A stretch of 64,000 nt of DNA, from contig CAXXKJ010000002.1 in the NCBI GenBank assembly GCA_963675295.2, forward strand, positions 1,856,001-1,920,000. Direction: 5' to 3'. Positions within the stretch are counted from its first letter, which is position 1. Each line of letters starts with the position of its first letter. The notes beneath the pieces are model-generated. The model made no database searches and was not told the origin of the DNA. It saw only the letters and a list, made by a program, of their open reading frames with translations. The translations under genes were made by a program, and so were the position numbers. This DNA comes from a bacterium. GTDB taxonomy: Bacteria > Electryoneota > Electryoneia > Electryoneales > Electryoneaceae. This document shows, one piece after another, positions 48,863 through 57,905 of the stretch.

Positions 48863-49570
48863 CTAGCTTTTCTTGACGAACAGATCGTCGTCCGGGAGGA
48901 TCTGCATCCCGGGTGACAGTTCCTGGAACTTGATCCCCGGTTGGTTCAAGTGGTACGCGTAGTTGAGGAAGATCAGCAGCTTGGTCAGACCTTCCATCGT
49001 CGGGGCGGCGTCAACCTTGCCGATGTCGTACGCCTGGAAGCCCATCTGCTTGATCCACAGCTGGACCTGATGTTTCGCCTCGAGGTCGTCCCCGCAGATC
49101 AGGATGTCGCAGTTCGGCGGCATCGTGTGGTTCAGCAGCATCGTCGCGGACACGTTCTTGAACGCGCCGACCACGAGGAATTCGTCGCCGAGCACTTCCT
49201 GCGCTTCGGCGGTGTAGGAGCCATCCTCCGGCCAGATTTCGCTGAGGTGGTTGTCGGGATCGACCGGCGCGGTGACGTCGACAATGATCTGCTCATCGTC
49301 GAGGTGATCTTTGATCGACTCGAGCACGGCCCGGTGGCCGGTGCTGGGGACGGTGATGAAGACAACCTCAGCGTCCTTGACGGCGTCGATGTTGGTCGCG
49401 GCTTCGAACCGTTCGGCGGGCAATCCGACAAACGGCGGCAGGTTTTCCTGCAGAATCTTCGCTTTCTCGAGGTCACGTGACCCGATCACGGCTGTCCAGC
49501 CCGCGGCAGCGATCCGTGTCGCGATGCCCGCGCCCTGCCAGCCTGTTCCCCCAACGACCGCACACCTCAT
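48863..49570 (-). CDS. npdG: NADPH-dependent F420 reductase (NpdG/FNO-like)
   Basis: VVGGTGWQGAGIA, IGSR, VVGAFKNVSA, DILICGDD and EGLTKLLI motifs. GGAGG SD before ATG 49570. Confidence 0.8.
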   Translation of the reverse strand: MRCAVVGGTGWQGAGIATRIAAAGWTAVIGSRDLEKAKILQENLPPFVGLPAERFEAATNIDAVKDAEVVFITVPSTGHRAVLESIKDHLDDEQIIVDVTAPVDPDNHLSEIWPEDGSYTAEAQEVLGDEFLVVGAFKNVSATMLLNHTMPPNCDILICGDDLEAKHQVQLWIKQMGFQAYDIGKVDAAPTMEGLTKLLIFLNYAYHLNQPGIKFQELSPGMQILPDDDLFVKKS

Positions 49571-49748
49571 CCCAGCCTCCGATTCAGCAAATAACCAGTA
49601 AGGCAAGAGGATACGGGCAGATTCGGGGCGAGGCAACCGGGGATTTGCGACCGGTGGTCTCCCGGCAGAAACGAGTCGACCCCCGGACTGGGGGATCCGG
49701 GGGTCGTGGCGCCATGTGGCAGTCGAGGGTATGAACAAAGTAGGTCGT

Positions 49749-51842
49749 TTACTTCATCAACACAAGCTTCCGTGTGAAATTCGTTGAATTCGCCGAAATT
49801 GTCAGGAAATAGACACCGCTTGGCAGATCAGACGCATCCAACGTCAACCGGTGATCACCTGCTGCAAAGGTTCCATCGGCCAGGATCGCCACCTGCCGGC
49901 CGAGGGTGTTATGGACGACAGCGTGCAGGTCCGCGGCGGCGGGAAGCGTGATGTCAATGGACGTTTGCGCGTTGAACGGGTTCGGCCATGCGGCACTGAC
50001 CGTCATCTCCGTCGGCAGCAGCTCCTCACCCAGCCAGTCACCGGTCACACTCGGTGGCTCCTCGGTGTACTCGGATTTCCAGCTGGTGACAATCTCATCC
50101 CCATCCGCGACCAGCGCCTGCTTGGTGAACGGGAACATATAGCTGTCGGCGACAAACGAGGGGTAAAATCCCAGTTTAGCGACAAACTGGTAAGGTCCGG
50201 CCGGTGCCATTGCCGGAACCCACTGGGAACGATTGAGGCTCTGCCACATCACACCCGGCTGCAGAGTGATGGTCTGCCGATTGATGTAGTATGTATTTCC
50301 ATTCGGCAGGATCGCTTCAAACCACAGGTGGCCGGTCCGAGAGTTGGGCAAGTTGTTGCTGATGAAAATGTCGTAGTTGAAGCTACCGCCCATTGTCGGG
50401 ATAAAAATTGGCTGCCATGCCGGAAGGTTCAACAGGTTCACGGGCGGATTCACTGGCGCCGGCCGGTTGATCAATAAATCGGCGATGACAACCGGTGGTG
50501 TGTTGAGGATGTTGGCGACAGTCACATTGGTTGGGCTGAAGTTGTAACTCTGACTGTTCGGCAGTGAAAGGGCATTAAACAGCCCGTTGCCCGCCCAGCC
50601 GGGGTAGGGGTCTCCACCGTCCCCCATGTTCAACCCCTGTTCCAGCGCCCACAGCGCGTCCCCCTGTTCCAGTGCCACCTGGTAGTGTCCGGAGTTGGTG
50701 AAGCCGGGGTACCACTCGTTACAGTTGAGTGTGGTCACGGCATCGTCAACATGATAAATGCACAACCCACTACCGGGCAGGAAGCTGTCAAAGCCGATTG
50801 GCTGCCGGTTTTCGAGCAGGAAGTATTGGTTTCCGTAGTTACCATTCGTCCAAACGCGGAACATCAAGGCAACTTGTTCAATCGGGGCAAGTGGAAATCC
50901 GATAATGTCTTCAAACACGTTCTCCGGTGAGGCGAAGGTTGCCTGGATGCGAGACCAGGCATCCAAGTGCGCCGGAGAACTCCCCATTAGCGCGGGGCCG
51001 TTCCACATGCCGTACGCCATCAGGCTCCATTGGCCGAGTCCAAATGACGAGTAGTCGAGGTCGTACAGGTCCGGCAGGCCGAGTACACTGTGGCCCATCT
51101 CATGGCAGATGACACCGGGTGTCAAGTCACCGGGTACGTTGTAGAATTCCGGTACCATCGCGTAAGTGGAGACGTACACGCCATCGTTGGTCCAGAACGG
51201 CGCAGGCAGGGACCAGGCGTGCGACCAGACATCCCAGTTCGATCCGGACCAGGCGGCGTCGGTGCCGGAATGCACCACGACCAGCCCGTCGACAGAACCG
51301 TTTCCGTCATGGTCATACTGGGCGAAGTTGACCAGCGGATCGACCATCTGGACAATGTCTTCGACCATTTTCTGGCAGTTCTGCGGGTAGGTGCCGAAGC
51401 CATTCTGGCCGTTGGTGTAATAGGCATAGGTTTGCGGCAGGGTTTGCCAGCCGGTTGCGCTCGGGAAGTTGCCGGTGAACAGCTGGAATTCTCCGTAACT
51501 GACTTCCCGGAAGTAATCCCAGACGGTACCAGGATTGGGGGTGAAGAACAGATTGTCATAAAAGGGTGGAATCGTCATCGACAGTTGATCCGGGAAATCT
51601 GCGAGCAGGACGATTGAGCCGAAATTGTAAACTTCCAGGTTTCCACCGAGGGTGACACCCATCGGGGCATCCACACCCATGTTGTGCAGATCGACAGAAT
51701 TTTCATAGGCGTAGGGTGCGTCAATTTGTCCAGAACGAATCAGGTAATCGATTTCTGGGGAGGGCGGTGTTGCAAGCAACAGGATGGGTAGCAGGGTCGA
51801 AATCGGGATAACCAGCCACCACCGCCGCAGGACGGTCTTCAT
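49749..51842 (-). CDS. M6 (immune inhibitor A-like) metalloprotease with pre-CTD module and CTD
   Basis: WSHAW, GVICHEMGHSVLGLPDLYD, WSLMAYG, YFLLENRQ and WPNPFN...KLVLMK. Confidence 0.9.
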   Translation of the reverse strand: MKTVLRRWWLVIPISTLLPILLLATPPSPEIDYLIRSGQIDAPYAYENSVDLHNMGVDAPMGVTLGGNLEVYNFGSIVLLADFPDQLSMTIPPFYDNLFFTPNPGTVWDYFREVSYGEFQLFTGNFPSATGWQTLPQTYAYYTNGQNGFGTYPQNCQKMVEDIVQMVDPLVNFAQYDHDGNGSVDGLVVVHSGTDAAWSGSNWDVWSHAWSLPAPFWTNDGVYVSTYAMVPEFYNVPGDLTPGVICHEMGHSVLGLPDLYDLDYSSFGLGQWSLMAYGMWNGPALMGSSPAHLDAWSRIQATFASPENVFEDIIGFPLAPIEQVALMFRVWTNGNYGNQYFLLENRQPIGFDSFLPGSGLCIYHVDDAVTTLNCNEWYPGFTNSGHYQVALEQGDALWALEQGLNMGDGGDPYPGWAGNGLFNALSLPNSQSYNFSPTNVTVANILNTPPVVIADLLINRPAPVNPPVNLLNLPAWQPIFIPTMGGSFNYDIFISNNLPNSRTGHLWFEAILPNGNTYYINRQTITLQPGVMWQSLNRSQWVPAMAPAGPYQFVAKLGFYPSFVADSYMFPFTKQALVADGDEIVTSWKSEYTEEPPSVTGDWLGEELLPTEMTVSAAWPNPFNAQTSIDITLPAAADLHAVVHNTLGRQVAILADGTFAAGDHRLTLDASDLPSGVYFLTISANSTNFTRKLVLMK

Positions 51843-52010
51843 ACGGACCTCCAGTCAAAGGACGGGACAACGATCGGTTGACGAATTGTGTCGGGGGTCT
51901 CAAAAGGTGGATTGTTTTTGTAAAAAACGCAATGTTTTACTTTGTTTGTTTTCAGCTCGTTGAGGCAAACAGCGTCGTGCAGGGAGACAGTTGCGATCCG
52001 ACAGCAACAG

Positions 52011-52040
52011 AAATGCCACGAACCGAAGTCCGTGGCAGTT
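52011..52040 (-). terminator. Probable terminator between the M6 paralogs
   Basis: TGCCACG..CGTGGCA stem with an A-rich left flank. Confidence 0.5.
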
Positions 52041-52080
52041 GTTGTGTCGAGAGACAAGGGACTAGAGACTGGAGACGATC

Positions 52081-54150
52081 CTACTTCATCAACACCAGCT
52101 TGCGAGTCTCGGTCATCCCGCTCGTCGTCGCGCGGAGGAAATACAGCCCGCTGGTCAGGTCGCGCGCGTCGATGGTCAGACGGTGTGTCCCGGCGCTGTA
52201 GCGCGCGTCGGTCAACGTCATCACCTGCTGGCCGAGCACATTGTACAGCGCAACTTGCAGGTTGGCGGCTTCCGGCAGCGCGATCTCAACGGATGACTGG
52301 GCGTTGAACGGATTCGGGTACGCTTCGCTCACGGTGAATTGTGCAGGCAGCGCGACACCGGTTCCTGATTCTGCGAGCGCCGCTTCCCAGCCTTCGCTGG
52401 TCCAGCCGGTCCGGTCCATCTCACCGGTCGCGGCCGCACCGAGCTTGGTGAACGGGAATTCGTCGGAGGCGTACACTTCGGACGGATACTGCCCGATCAC
52501 GACACGGAAGGCGTACACACCAGCCGGAGCCATCGCCGGGATGCGCTGGTTGATGTTCGGGAAATACAGCGGTGCGGAGGGCTGGAAGTTGACCGTGTAG
52601 GTGTCAACGTGGAAGACGTTGTTGTTCGGCAAGGTGGCTTCGATCCAGACATTCGCCACCATCGACGACGACAGTTCGTTGTCCAGCAGCGCCGCGTAAT
52701 GCAACCAGCCGCCGTTCGCCGGGATGGTCACCGGGCTGCTCTGCGGCTCGATGTTGACGCTGAAGTCCGGGGTGCCGCTGCCGAGGCCAACCGCAAAGTC
52801 GGCGGTCATCGTCGCGCCAGCGTAGCTGATGTTGGTCACCGCGACCTGAGTCGCCGAACCCCAGTAGTTATCACTGTCCGGCGTGCTGTTGCCGTTGAAG
52901 GTGAAATTCAGCGTCGAACCCGGGTATGGGTCGCCGGAGTCCGCGCCACCGTTCTGTTCCAGTTCCCAGAGGCCGTCCGCCTGCTCCAGCGCGACCTGGT
53001 AGTGGCCGTCATTGGTGTGGCCCGGGTACCACTGGTTGTTGTTGCCCCACTCGCTATCGTCGCAGTGGTAGATCAACAGGCCCTGGCTCGGCAGCGGGGA
53101 ATCGTACCCGGTGCGGTAGCGGTTCTCAACGAGGAAATACTCGTTGCCACCCATGCCTTCGGTCCAGAGACGGTAGATCACCGGTTCGGTTTCCACATTC
53201 GGGATCGATTCGCCGATGCGATCAAAGGTGACATTGATCGGATCAACGAAGCCCATGTACGTGCGGCACCAGGCGTCCGGATGCGCCGGCGATGAACCAA
53301 GGCCGCCATTCCACGATCCGCCTGCCATCAGGCTCCAATCATCAAGACCGCGGGAATCGTAGCCGTAGTCGTAGAGGTCGGGCAGGCCGAAGACCGCGTG
53401 ACCCATTTCATGCGCGACAACGCCGATCGTCATGTCGCCCGAGCTGTACCAGAACTCCGGCTGCATCGCATAAACAGCTGCCGTGACGCCGTCCACCGAG
53501 ACACCGCCCGGGATCTGCCACTTGTGTGACCAGATGTCGTTGTCGTTACCGGACAACTCCGCACCGGTGCCGGCATGCATGATGAACAGGCCGTCAACGT
53601 AGCCGTCGTTGTCGTAATCGTACTCGGAAAAGTCAACGTACGGGTCCGCGGCGAGAACCGCGGCTTCCGCCAGGCCTTGCGCATTGTTCGGGTAGCTGCC
53701 GAAACCGTTCTGGCCATCGACGTAGTAGCCGTAATTGTGTGGCATCCGGAACCAGCCCGTGGACGAGGGCATGTCTTCCGAGGTCAGGATGAAATCACCA
53801 TAGCTGCACTCGTCGTAATAATCTGCGACGGTGCCAGTGCCGGTGCCGTACATCAGGTTGTCAAAGAATGACGCCGCCGTAACCGCCTGATGGTCGTCAA
53901 AGTCAACGAGCAGAACGATCGAGTTGAAGATCGTCTCATCGAGTTCACCCTGACGCATCTCAACCCGGGTCGGAGTGTTGACCCCGCGGGCATACAGTGC
54001 GTCCCGATGCTGCAGGTAGTACGGCTCATCCATCTGTTGCTGCTGAATCGCTTCAACCAAAACAGGATTCGGCGGCATCGCCATCGCCGCCGTACCCAGA
54101 ATGAGGACGGATAGCAGTGCAATGGCTACTGACTTCATGGACCCAGTCAT
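52081..54150 (-). CDS. M6 metalloprotease paralog with pre-CTD module and CTD
   Basis: AMPP mature start; IWSHKW, HEMGHAVFGLPDLYD, WSLMAGGSW and YPNPFN...KLVLMK. AGGAG SD before 54150. Confidence 0.9.
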   Translation of the reverse strand: MTGSMKSVAIALLSVLILGTAAMAMPPNPVLVEAIQQQQMDEPYYLQHRDALYARGVNTPTRVEMRQGELDETIFNSIVLLVDFDDHQAVTAASFFDNLMYGTGTGTVADYYDECSYGDFILTSEDMPSSTGWFRMPHNYGYYVDGQNGFGSYPNNAQGLAEAAVLAADPYVDFSEYDYDNDGYVDGLFIMHAGTGAELSGNDNDIWSHKWQIPGGVSVDGVTAAVYAMQPEFWYSSGDMTIGVVAHEMGHAVFGLPDLYDYGYDSRGLDDWSLMAGGSWNGGLGSSPAHPDAWCRTYMGFVDPINVTFDRIGESIPNVETEPVIYRLWTEGMGGNEYFLVENRYRTGYDSPLPSQGLLIYHCDDSEWGNNNQWYPGHTNDGHYQVALEQADGLWELEQNGGADSGDPYPGSTLNFTFNGNSTPDSDNYWGSATQVAVTNISYAGATMTADFAVGLGSGTPDFSVNIEPQSSPVTIPANGGWLHYAALLDNELSSSMVANVWIEATLPNNNVFHVDTYTVNFQPSAPLYFPNINQRIPAMAPAGVYAFRVVIGQYPSEVYASDEFPFTKLGAAATGEMDRTGWTSEGWEAALAESGTGVALPAQFTVSEAYPNPFNAQSSVEIALPEAANLQVALYNVLGQQVMTLTDARYSAGTHRLTIDARDLTSGLYFLRATTSGMTETRKLVLMK

Positions 54151-54358
54151 CAAACGTTCTCCTCTCTTCGCGTGGTGTCGTGCAAACACGATATTCTGAT
54201 CATAATTCTACATAAAGGTAAGAAATTACACTTCAGCATGCGCCAGTGTGTGATCGGGATCATGGAGCTCGTGGAGTCACGGTGGGGGAAAGGACTTCCG
54301 GCGTCCGAATCACAGTCAGCAATGCACGTGGTAGTACGAAGACCCGTTTAATAATACG

Positions 54359-54390
54359 AAAAACGGGGATGGTTTGCATAACCATCCCCG
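54359..54390 (-). terminator. Terminator of the LLM gene
   Basis: AAAAA-CGGGGATGGTT-TGCAT-AACCATCCCCG. Confidence 0.8.
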
Positions 54391-54415
54391 GGGACTTGAA
54401 ATCAGACTCTTAGTC

Positions 54416-55426
54416 TCAGGCCGCAACCGGCTCCGGTTCACGGATCTGCGGCACGACTTCGTTGATCAGCAGCTCCATCGACTGGCGCACCTGATCCATC
54501 GGCATCGCGCCGTAGTTGACGATGAACTGCAGGTGGGTGACGCCGGTATCGACGATCTTCTGCAGCTGTTCGACCGCTTCATCGACTGTACCCGACAGGA
54601 TCACCCCGCGACGCATGCATTCGTCATAGTCGGAATGCTTCGCGTACAGGCGGCTGTAGACATACTTCTCGAGCACTTGCCGATTCATATCGTTGTGCGC
54701 GGCGTCCTTGTCCGGCGTGACATGCGCGTGGATCGCGGCGAAAATGTCGCCTTCACCGGATTTGCCGGATTCCGCCCAGCCCTTCTTGTAGTTGTCGAAG
54801 AGTGGTTTGGCGTCATCGATCACCTCAACGGTCGCGTAGGGCACGGTCATGATGCCATAGCCACGCTTGCCGACGTGATACGATGCCAACTCGGTGAGAA
54901 TCGCGATCTTGAACTCCACCTCACGGCCTTCGTACGCCCCGATGTTCAGCTTCGTTTTCGGCACGTTGAAATACTTGCCTTCGTGCTTGAAGCGCTTACC
55001 GGTCAACGCTTTCTGTACCACTTCGAGGGCTTCGTCGAAGCGCTGGCGTTTGTCGGCCGGGGTCAACCCGAAGCCGTCAAATTCGTGCTGCAGGTAGCCT
55101 GAGCCGACACCCGCGATCAACCGGCCTTCGCTGAGCTGGTCCAGCAGCGCCATCTGCTCCGCGACACGCACCGGCTTGTGGAACGGCAGCACGGAAATCG
55201 CCGGCCCGAGTTTCAGGCGTGTCGTTTTCATCGCGATGGACGTGAGGAACTGCAGCGCGTCCGGCACCAGGCCATAGGGGTGAAAGTGGTGCTCGGCGAT
55301 GAAGAACCCTTCATAGCCCAGCTCTTCCGCCCACAGCGCGACCTGGGTGATGTCGTTGTAAAACCCGGACACTGACGGGTGCGCGTCCTTGTAGTAATCA
55401 GCAACGGAGAAGATGGAGACCTTCAT
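54416..55426 (-). CDS. Luciferase-like (LLM class) flavin-dependent oxidoreductase
   Basis: AEELGY..FFIAEHHF, PVRVAEQMALLDQLSEGRL..GVGSGY and HEGKYF motifs. AAGGA SD overlaps the upstream stop. Confidence 0.92.
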   Translation of the reverse strand: MKVSIFSVADYYKDAHPSVSGFYNDITQVALWAEELGYEGFFIAEHHFHPYGLVPDALQFLTSIAMKTTRLKLGPAISVLPFHKPVRVAEQMALLDQLSEGRLIAGVGSGYLQHEFDGFGLTPADKRQRFDEALEVVQKALTGKRFKHEGKYFNVPKTKLNIGAYEGREVEFKIAILTELASYHVGKRGYGIMTVPYATVEVIDDAKPLFDNYKKGWAESGKSGEGDIFAAIHAHVTPDKDAAHNDMNRQVLEKYVYSRLYAKHSDYDECMRRGVILSGTVDEAVEQLQKIVDTGVTHLQFIVNYGAMPMDQVRQSMELLINEVVPQIREPEPVAA

Positions 55427-55436
55427 CGGCACGTCC

Positions 55437-56036
55437 TTATTTCTGTTTTTCCATGTGCAGGCTGACGTCACGGTAGTGATCGTAGAGGTCGTCGATCACG
55501 TCGGTGTCGAAACCGCCGAACACCTCGCCGGTTTTGCCTTCGAGGCGCTGGGTGAACTCGACAAAGGTGCCGAACGGGGCCGCCGGCTTGGCGAAGAACT
55601 GGTGCAGCTTGCCTTCATTTTCGTCCTCGTAGCTGAGCACCGGGGTCATGAAGTCCCAGCCATCCTTCTTCAGCATGTCGAACACCTGGTGCACGTCAAA
55701 CTCGGGGTCGACGTTGTACGCGACGTGCTGAATCCCGGCACCGTAACGGCGCACGAACTCGTTAATCGGGGAGTTCGGATCTTCGCTGACTGAAAGGCCT
55801 GTCATCGTCAGCCACGGGAAGCCTTCGATCTTGCCGCTGACCAGAGCGATGTGTGTCGCGGGGTAGCGGACGGTGCGCAGGCGGACGGTCTCATGGAAAC
55901 CCAGGTGGTTCCAGGTATCACAGAACCGTTTCTCATCCTCATTGGCCGCCACATAGGTCACATGGTCGATATGCCGGATCGAGGTGAGCATTCCGCCGGT
56001 GTTGCCTCCCGGCTTGCCTTCAACTGGACTGTGCAT
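55437..56036 (-). CDS. VOC-fold protein resembling the catalytic C-terminal half of 4-hydroxyphenylpyruvate dioxygenase
   Basis: IDHV, SPINEFVRRYGAGIQHVAY, LHQFFAKP, FVEFTQR and GGF motifs. AGGAG SD. Confidence 0.75.
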   Translation of the reverse strand: MHSPVEGKPGGNTGGMLTSIRHIDHVTYVAANEDEKRFCDTWNHLGFHETVRLRTVRYPATHIALVSGKIEGFPWLTMTGLSVSEDPNSPINEFVRRYGAGIQHVAYNVDPEFDVHQVFDMLKKDGWDFMTPVLSYEDENEGKLHQFFAKPAAPFGTFVEFTQRLEGKTGEVFGGFDTDVIDDLYDHYRDVSLHMEKQK

Positions 56037-56342
56037 GAGAACCTTCTCCTGAGTCTTCGTTTTGAGTACCAGCTTGCTGGAACACGTTCCGGCAAGTGTG
56101 AGAATTGGGTGTTTCGAAAGTAGCGAAGTTAAGCAAGCCTCACAAGTGGATTGTCGGAATCATCGCTCTATGGTGAGAGGGATGGATAACGTCGCGGGAG
56201 TAGTAGTTCAAGACGTGGATTCTTCTGGCCTTGCCGCTGCGAGATGGGCTGTTCGACGGTAGCTCGCGAGGGTGATTGTGGTTATATTCGAGCACGAGTC
56301 AGGTCCTTCCCTGTTAACCGCACGAGGGTAGTGCCGGTGATT

Positions 56343-57473
56343 ATGCGGATCGTACGTCTGTTTGTCGTGATAGCTCTGCTGGGTGCCCTGCTTGCCGGGT
56401 GTGATGGCGGGTGTTCCTGCAAACAGGAAGCAGAAGTTCCCCCTCCGGAACCTGAACCGGAAGTCATTCCCGAACCCGGCGGTGAGCTGGAAGTCATCAA
56501 GCCGGACACGGCGGATGTGCTGGCGGAAGAACCCCCGCCTCCGCCCCCGAAGCCGAAGGTTGAACCTGAGCCGGAACCGGTGGCTGAGGTGATGCCGGCG
56601 CCGGAAGAGAAGCCGGTTCGCGAACGGACACCGATGCAGGAGCTGCGGAAAGAACCGATCGCCACCCCACCGCCGCCGCTGCCGGAACCTGAACCTGAGC
56701 CGGAACCGGAACCACCGCAGGAACCGGAAATTCGCCTTCTCGAGGGACCCTACGGCATGACGTTCGCGCGTATTCCGGAGGGAACGTTTGCGATGGGATC
56801 GGCGTCGGATGAAGCCGGGCGCGACATCGACGAGGGTCCGGTGAAGGAGGTCAGCATTAGTGAATTCTGGCTGTCGCAGTCGGAAGTGACGTTGCGGCAG
56901 TGGAAGCTGGTCATGGGGGAGTTGCCGTTTCGCTGGCAATCCGGCAATGCGCCGCCGGACTGGACGTTGGACGAACCGGTACATTATGTGAACTGGCATG
57001 AGGTCCACGAGTTTCTCGCCCTGTTAAGCGAAAAGACTGGCCACGCGTATCGTCTGCCGACCGAGGCGGAGTGGGAGTATGCCTGCCGTGGCTGGCAGGA
57101 ATCCCCGTTCTGGTCGGGAAACAACGAGGGTGCGCTACGTACGACGGATCATGTCGGGCCGTACGGTGTGATGCACAAAGTGATGGAGACCGGGATCGCG
57201 AATCCGTTCGGGTTGTACGACATGCACGGCAACGTCAGCGAATGGGTCGAGGACGATTACATCGACAATTACCGTGATCTGGCGGAGGATGGTCGGCCGC
57301 AGGAGAAGTATCCGCGGTTGACGATGAAGATCGCTCGCGGCGGCAGTTTTCTCAGTTCGCCGGACAGCTCCCGCTGTGCCGCACGTGAACCGTTGGAAGC
57401 CTCGACGCGATTCAGCACGATTGGTTTCCGGGTTGCGACAGACCGGATGACGGACATGGCGCTACGGCGGTAA
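56343..57473 (+). CDS. Lipoprotein with Pro/Glu-rich linker and FGE-sulfatase (SUMF1-like) domain
   Basis: Lipobox LAGC; (PE)n linker; FAMGS, EVT..QW, RLPTEAEWEYACR, NPFGLYDMHGNVSEW, RGGSF and IGFRV motifs. Confidence 0.88.
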   Translation: MRIVRLFVVIALLGALLAGCDGGCSCKQEAEVPPPEPEPEVIPEPGGELEVIKPDTADVLAEEPPPPPPKPKVEPEPEPVAEVMPAPEEKPVRERTPMQELRKEPIATPPPPLPEPEPEPEPEPPQEPEIRLLEGPYGMTFARIPEGTFAMGSASDEAGRDIDEGPVKEVSISEFWLSQSEVTLRQWKLVMGELPFRWQSGNAPPDWTLDEPVHYVNWHEVHEFLALLSEKTGHAYRLPTEAEWEYACRGWQESPFWSGNNEGALRTTDHVGPYGVMHKVMETGIANPFGLYDMHGNVSEWVEDDYIDNYRDLAEDGRPQEKYPRLTMKIARGGSFLSSPDSSRCAAREPLEASTRFSTIGFRVATDRMTDMALRR

Positions 57474-57519
57474 GAGTTCGGTTTTTTGGTGGCTGGACGA
57501 ACAGGAATCCGCAGGGGTG

Positions 57520-57554
57520 ATGAGGATGCAGCAACGCGTCCTCATTTCTTTTTT
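57520..57554 (+). terminator. Intrinsic terminator
   Basis: ATGAGGATGC-AGCAAC-GCGTCCTCAT followed by a T-rich tail. Confidence 0.75.
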
Positions 57555-57905
57555 GAAGGAATTTGACAAATGTTTGCACGGTTGGCAGGATGGAATCAGC
57601 TTATATTTCGCGTTTTACTGAATTGTGAAGGGAGTTTTCCGTCTCGACTGAGGTTGCCAAAAGAGAGCCGGAATCCGCTCCGGTTCCACTGGACTTTTTT
57701 GGGAATCTGGGTGATACTAAGTGCAATTGTCACACTCTCCGAACTACCTTCCTGATCGCTCCGGGATCATGGCGAGGGTTGTCCGTGTCCTGAGTGTCAA
57801 GTTTCAACAGAAAACAAACGGTTTCCGCGCCGAACTGGCTCTGACTGTCGGAAGAAGCCAGACAGATTGGCGGAACTTATGATTTGCTTCGGCGAAGGAG
57901 GATGC

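Noticed and set aside
54416-55426. Calling the LLM enzyme F420-dependent because npdG is nearby
   Set aside because: The AEHHF motif is typical of FMN-type LLMs, and two proteases and terminators separate the genes.
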